Below are positions 62,951-64,000 of a stretch of 64,000 nt of DNA, one piece after another. A model generated the notes under the pieces. It did not search any database. It was not told the DNA's origin and saw nothing but the letters and a program-made list of their open reading frames with translations. Each line of letters begins with the position of its first letter. Position 1 is the stretch's first letter. The translations under genes were made by a program, and so were the position numbers. This stretch comes from Torpedo marmorata (taxonomy: Eukaryota), in the NCBI GenBank assembly GCA_977017645.1, contig OZ360230.1:38254001-38318000 (forward strand). Direction: 5' to 3'.

Positions 62951-63607
62951 CAGTTTTGAAAAAAATTACCCTGCTTTTTTATTGAGAGATGTTGCAGTTA
63001 CTATTTCCTCGACATCTTTTATAGACTTTGAACCAGAACACATTGATTCTGGCCCTTTCCTTGCGGTTGTCACTCATGCTAGTTTGGTCGCTGCACTAAA
63101 TATTATTTGCTCATGTGCGCCCAATGCAGTGCCAACATCACCACTGTGGGCCTTCCTTGAAGGGCATTGAGCCATGAGTGGCAGGAACTAAGTCTCCACT
63201 CATGGTCTGCCCTGATGGAATTCTGACAGCAGATGCTGCCATGCTCGTTACTGTTCCCAAGTCATCAAAGACTTTGATGAGAAATAACATTGAGAAACAA
63301 TAAATAAATGAAAACTATTGTATTATCTTTAAAATATAAATAATATTTTAAAGTGTATGAAACTGATGTTAATTTTTCAAAGATAAAAATGTGAAAGAAC
63401 GGAAAAAATAAATAAAATCTTTTTTTAAATGAATGCAAATGGCAGTACTTAAATAAGTCATAGATTCATACCACACAGAAATAGGCCCTTCAAACCAACC
63501 TCCCTGCCCGAACATGCTGACCATCGATACCATCGTATCCCATAGTCGAGATAACCCATTCTTAGCTGGAATGACTGGGACTGCACAAGGTGGGCCAGCC
63601 ATGAGTC

Positions 63608-64000
63608 GGGAGTGAAACATGAAATTCTGCAGACACTGTGATTGTAGTAAAAACACAGAAATGCTGGAGGAACTCAGCCGGTCTCGCAGCGTCCATAGGA
63701 GGTAAAGATATCTTACTGACATTTCGGGCCTGAACCCTTCCTCAACGTATAAATGAACAAAGACAGGATTCTGAGTTAAAGACTGGGGAAAGAAAGGGCG
63801 AAGAATGGGAGGGGGAGGAATACAGACCAACAGACAAAAGGTGTTAATTGGATATAATAAGAGGAAAGGCGAGAATTGACTTTAGCTCTGTGAAAGGAGA
63901 CAGAGGGAAAAGGGAAGAGAGGGAGAGACAGCTGGAGGAAAGGAGACAGGGGGAAGTAGATGGGGGGAGGGCTGGGGGCTTCTAACGGAAACCAGAGAAG
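63608..64000 (-). mobile_element. Penelope-type element end, continuing beyond the window
   Basis: TGCTGGAGGAACTCAGCCGGTC...GACATTTCGGGCCTGAACCCTTCCTCAA followed by a long purine-rich tract; longest copy of this family in the window. Confidence 0.7.

Overview
This is not prokaryotic DNA. It is intergenic/intronic vertebrate sequence, and the repeat set (CR1 LINEs with 8-bp tails, V-SINEs, Deu-type SINE remnants, Rex1/Babar-like LINEs, Penelope-type termini) suggests a cartilaginous fish (inference). I found no host protein-coding exon; every ORF I can recognise is transposon-derived. Positions ~1-17 kb are CpG-retaining and nearly transposon-free, with a CpG-island promoter at ~0.9-2.95 kb and several minus-strand splice donors, consistent with the 5' regulatory domain of an unidentified gene running leftwards out of the window. 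Positions ~17-64 kb are CpG-depleted and repeat-rich. Highlights: (i) seven Penelope-type terminal fragments carrying minimal type-I hammerhead ribozyme motifs, two with an intact catalytic core; (ii) two Chapaev3-like DNA transposon derivatives with 3-bp TSDs, each interrupted by a retroelement (a V-SINE; an L1 with a 16-bp TSD); (iii) a nested-palindrome hAT-type MITE; (iv) an unexplained 128-bp foldback and a ~3-kb decayed, strand-biased repeat. I cannot support a claim of a wholly new biological system. Family names come from recalled motifs, not database searches.
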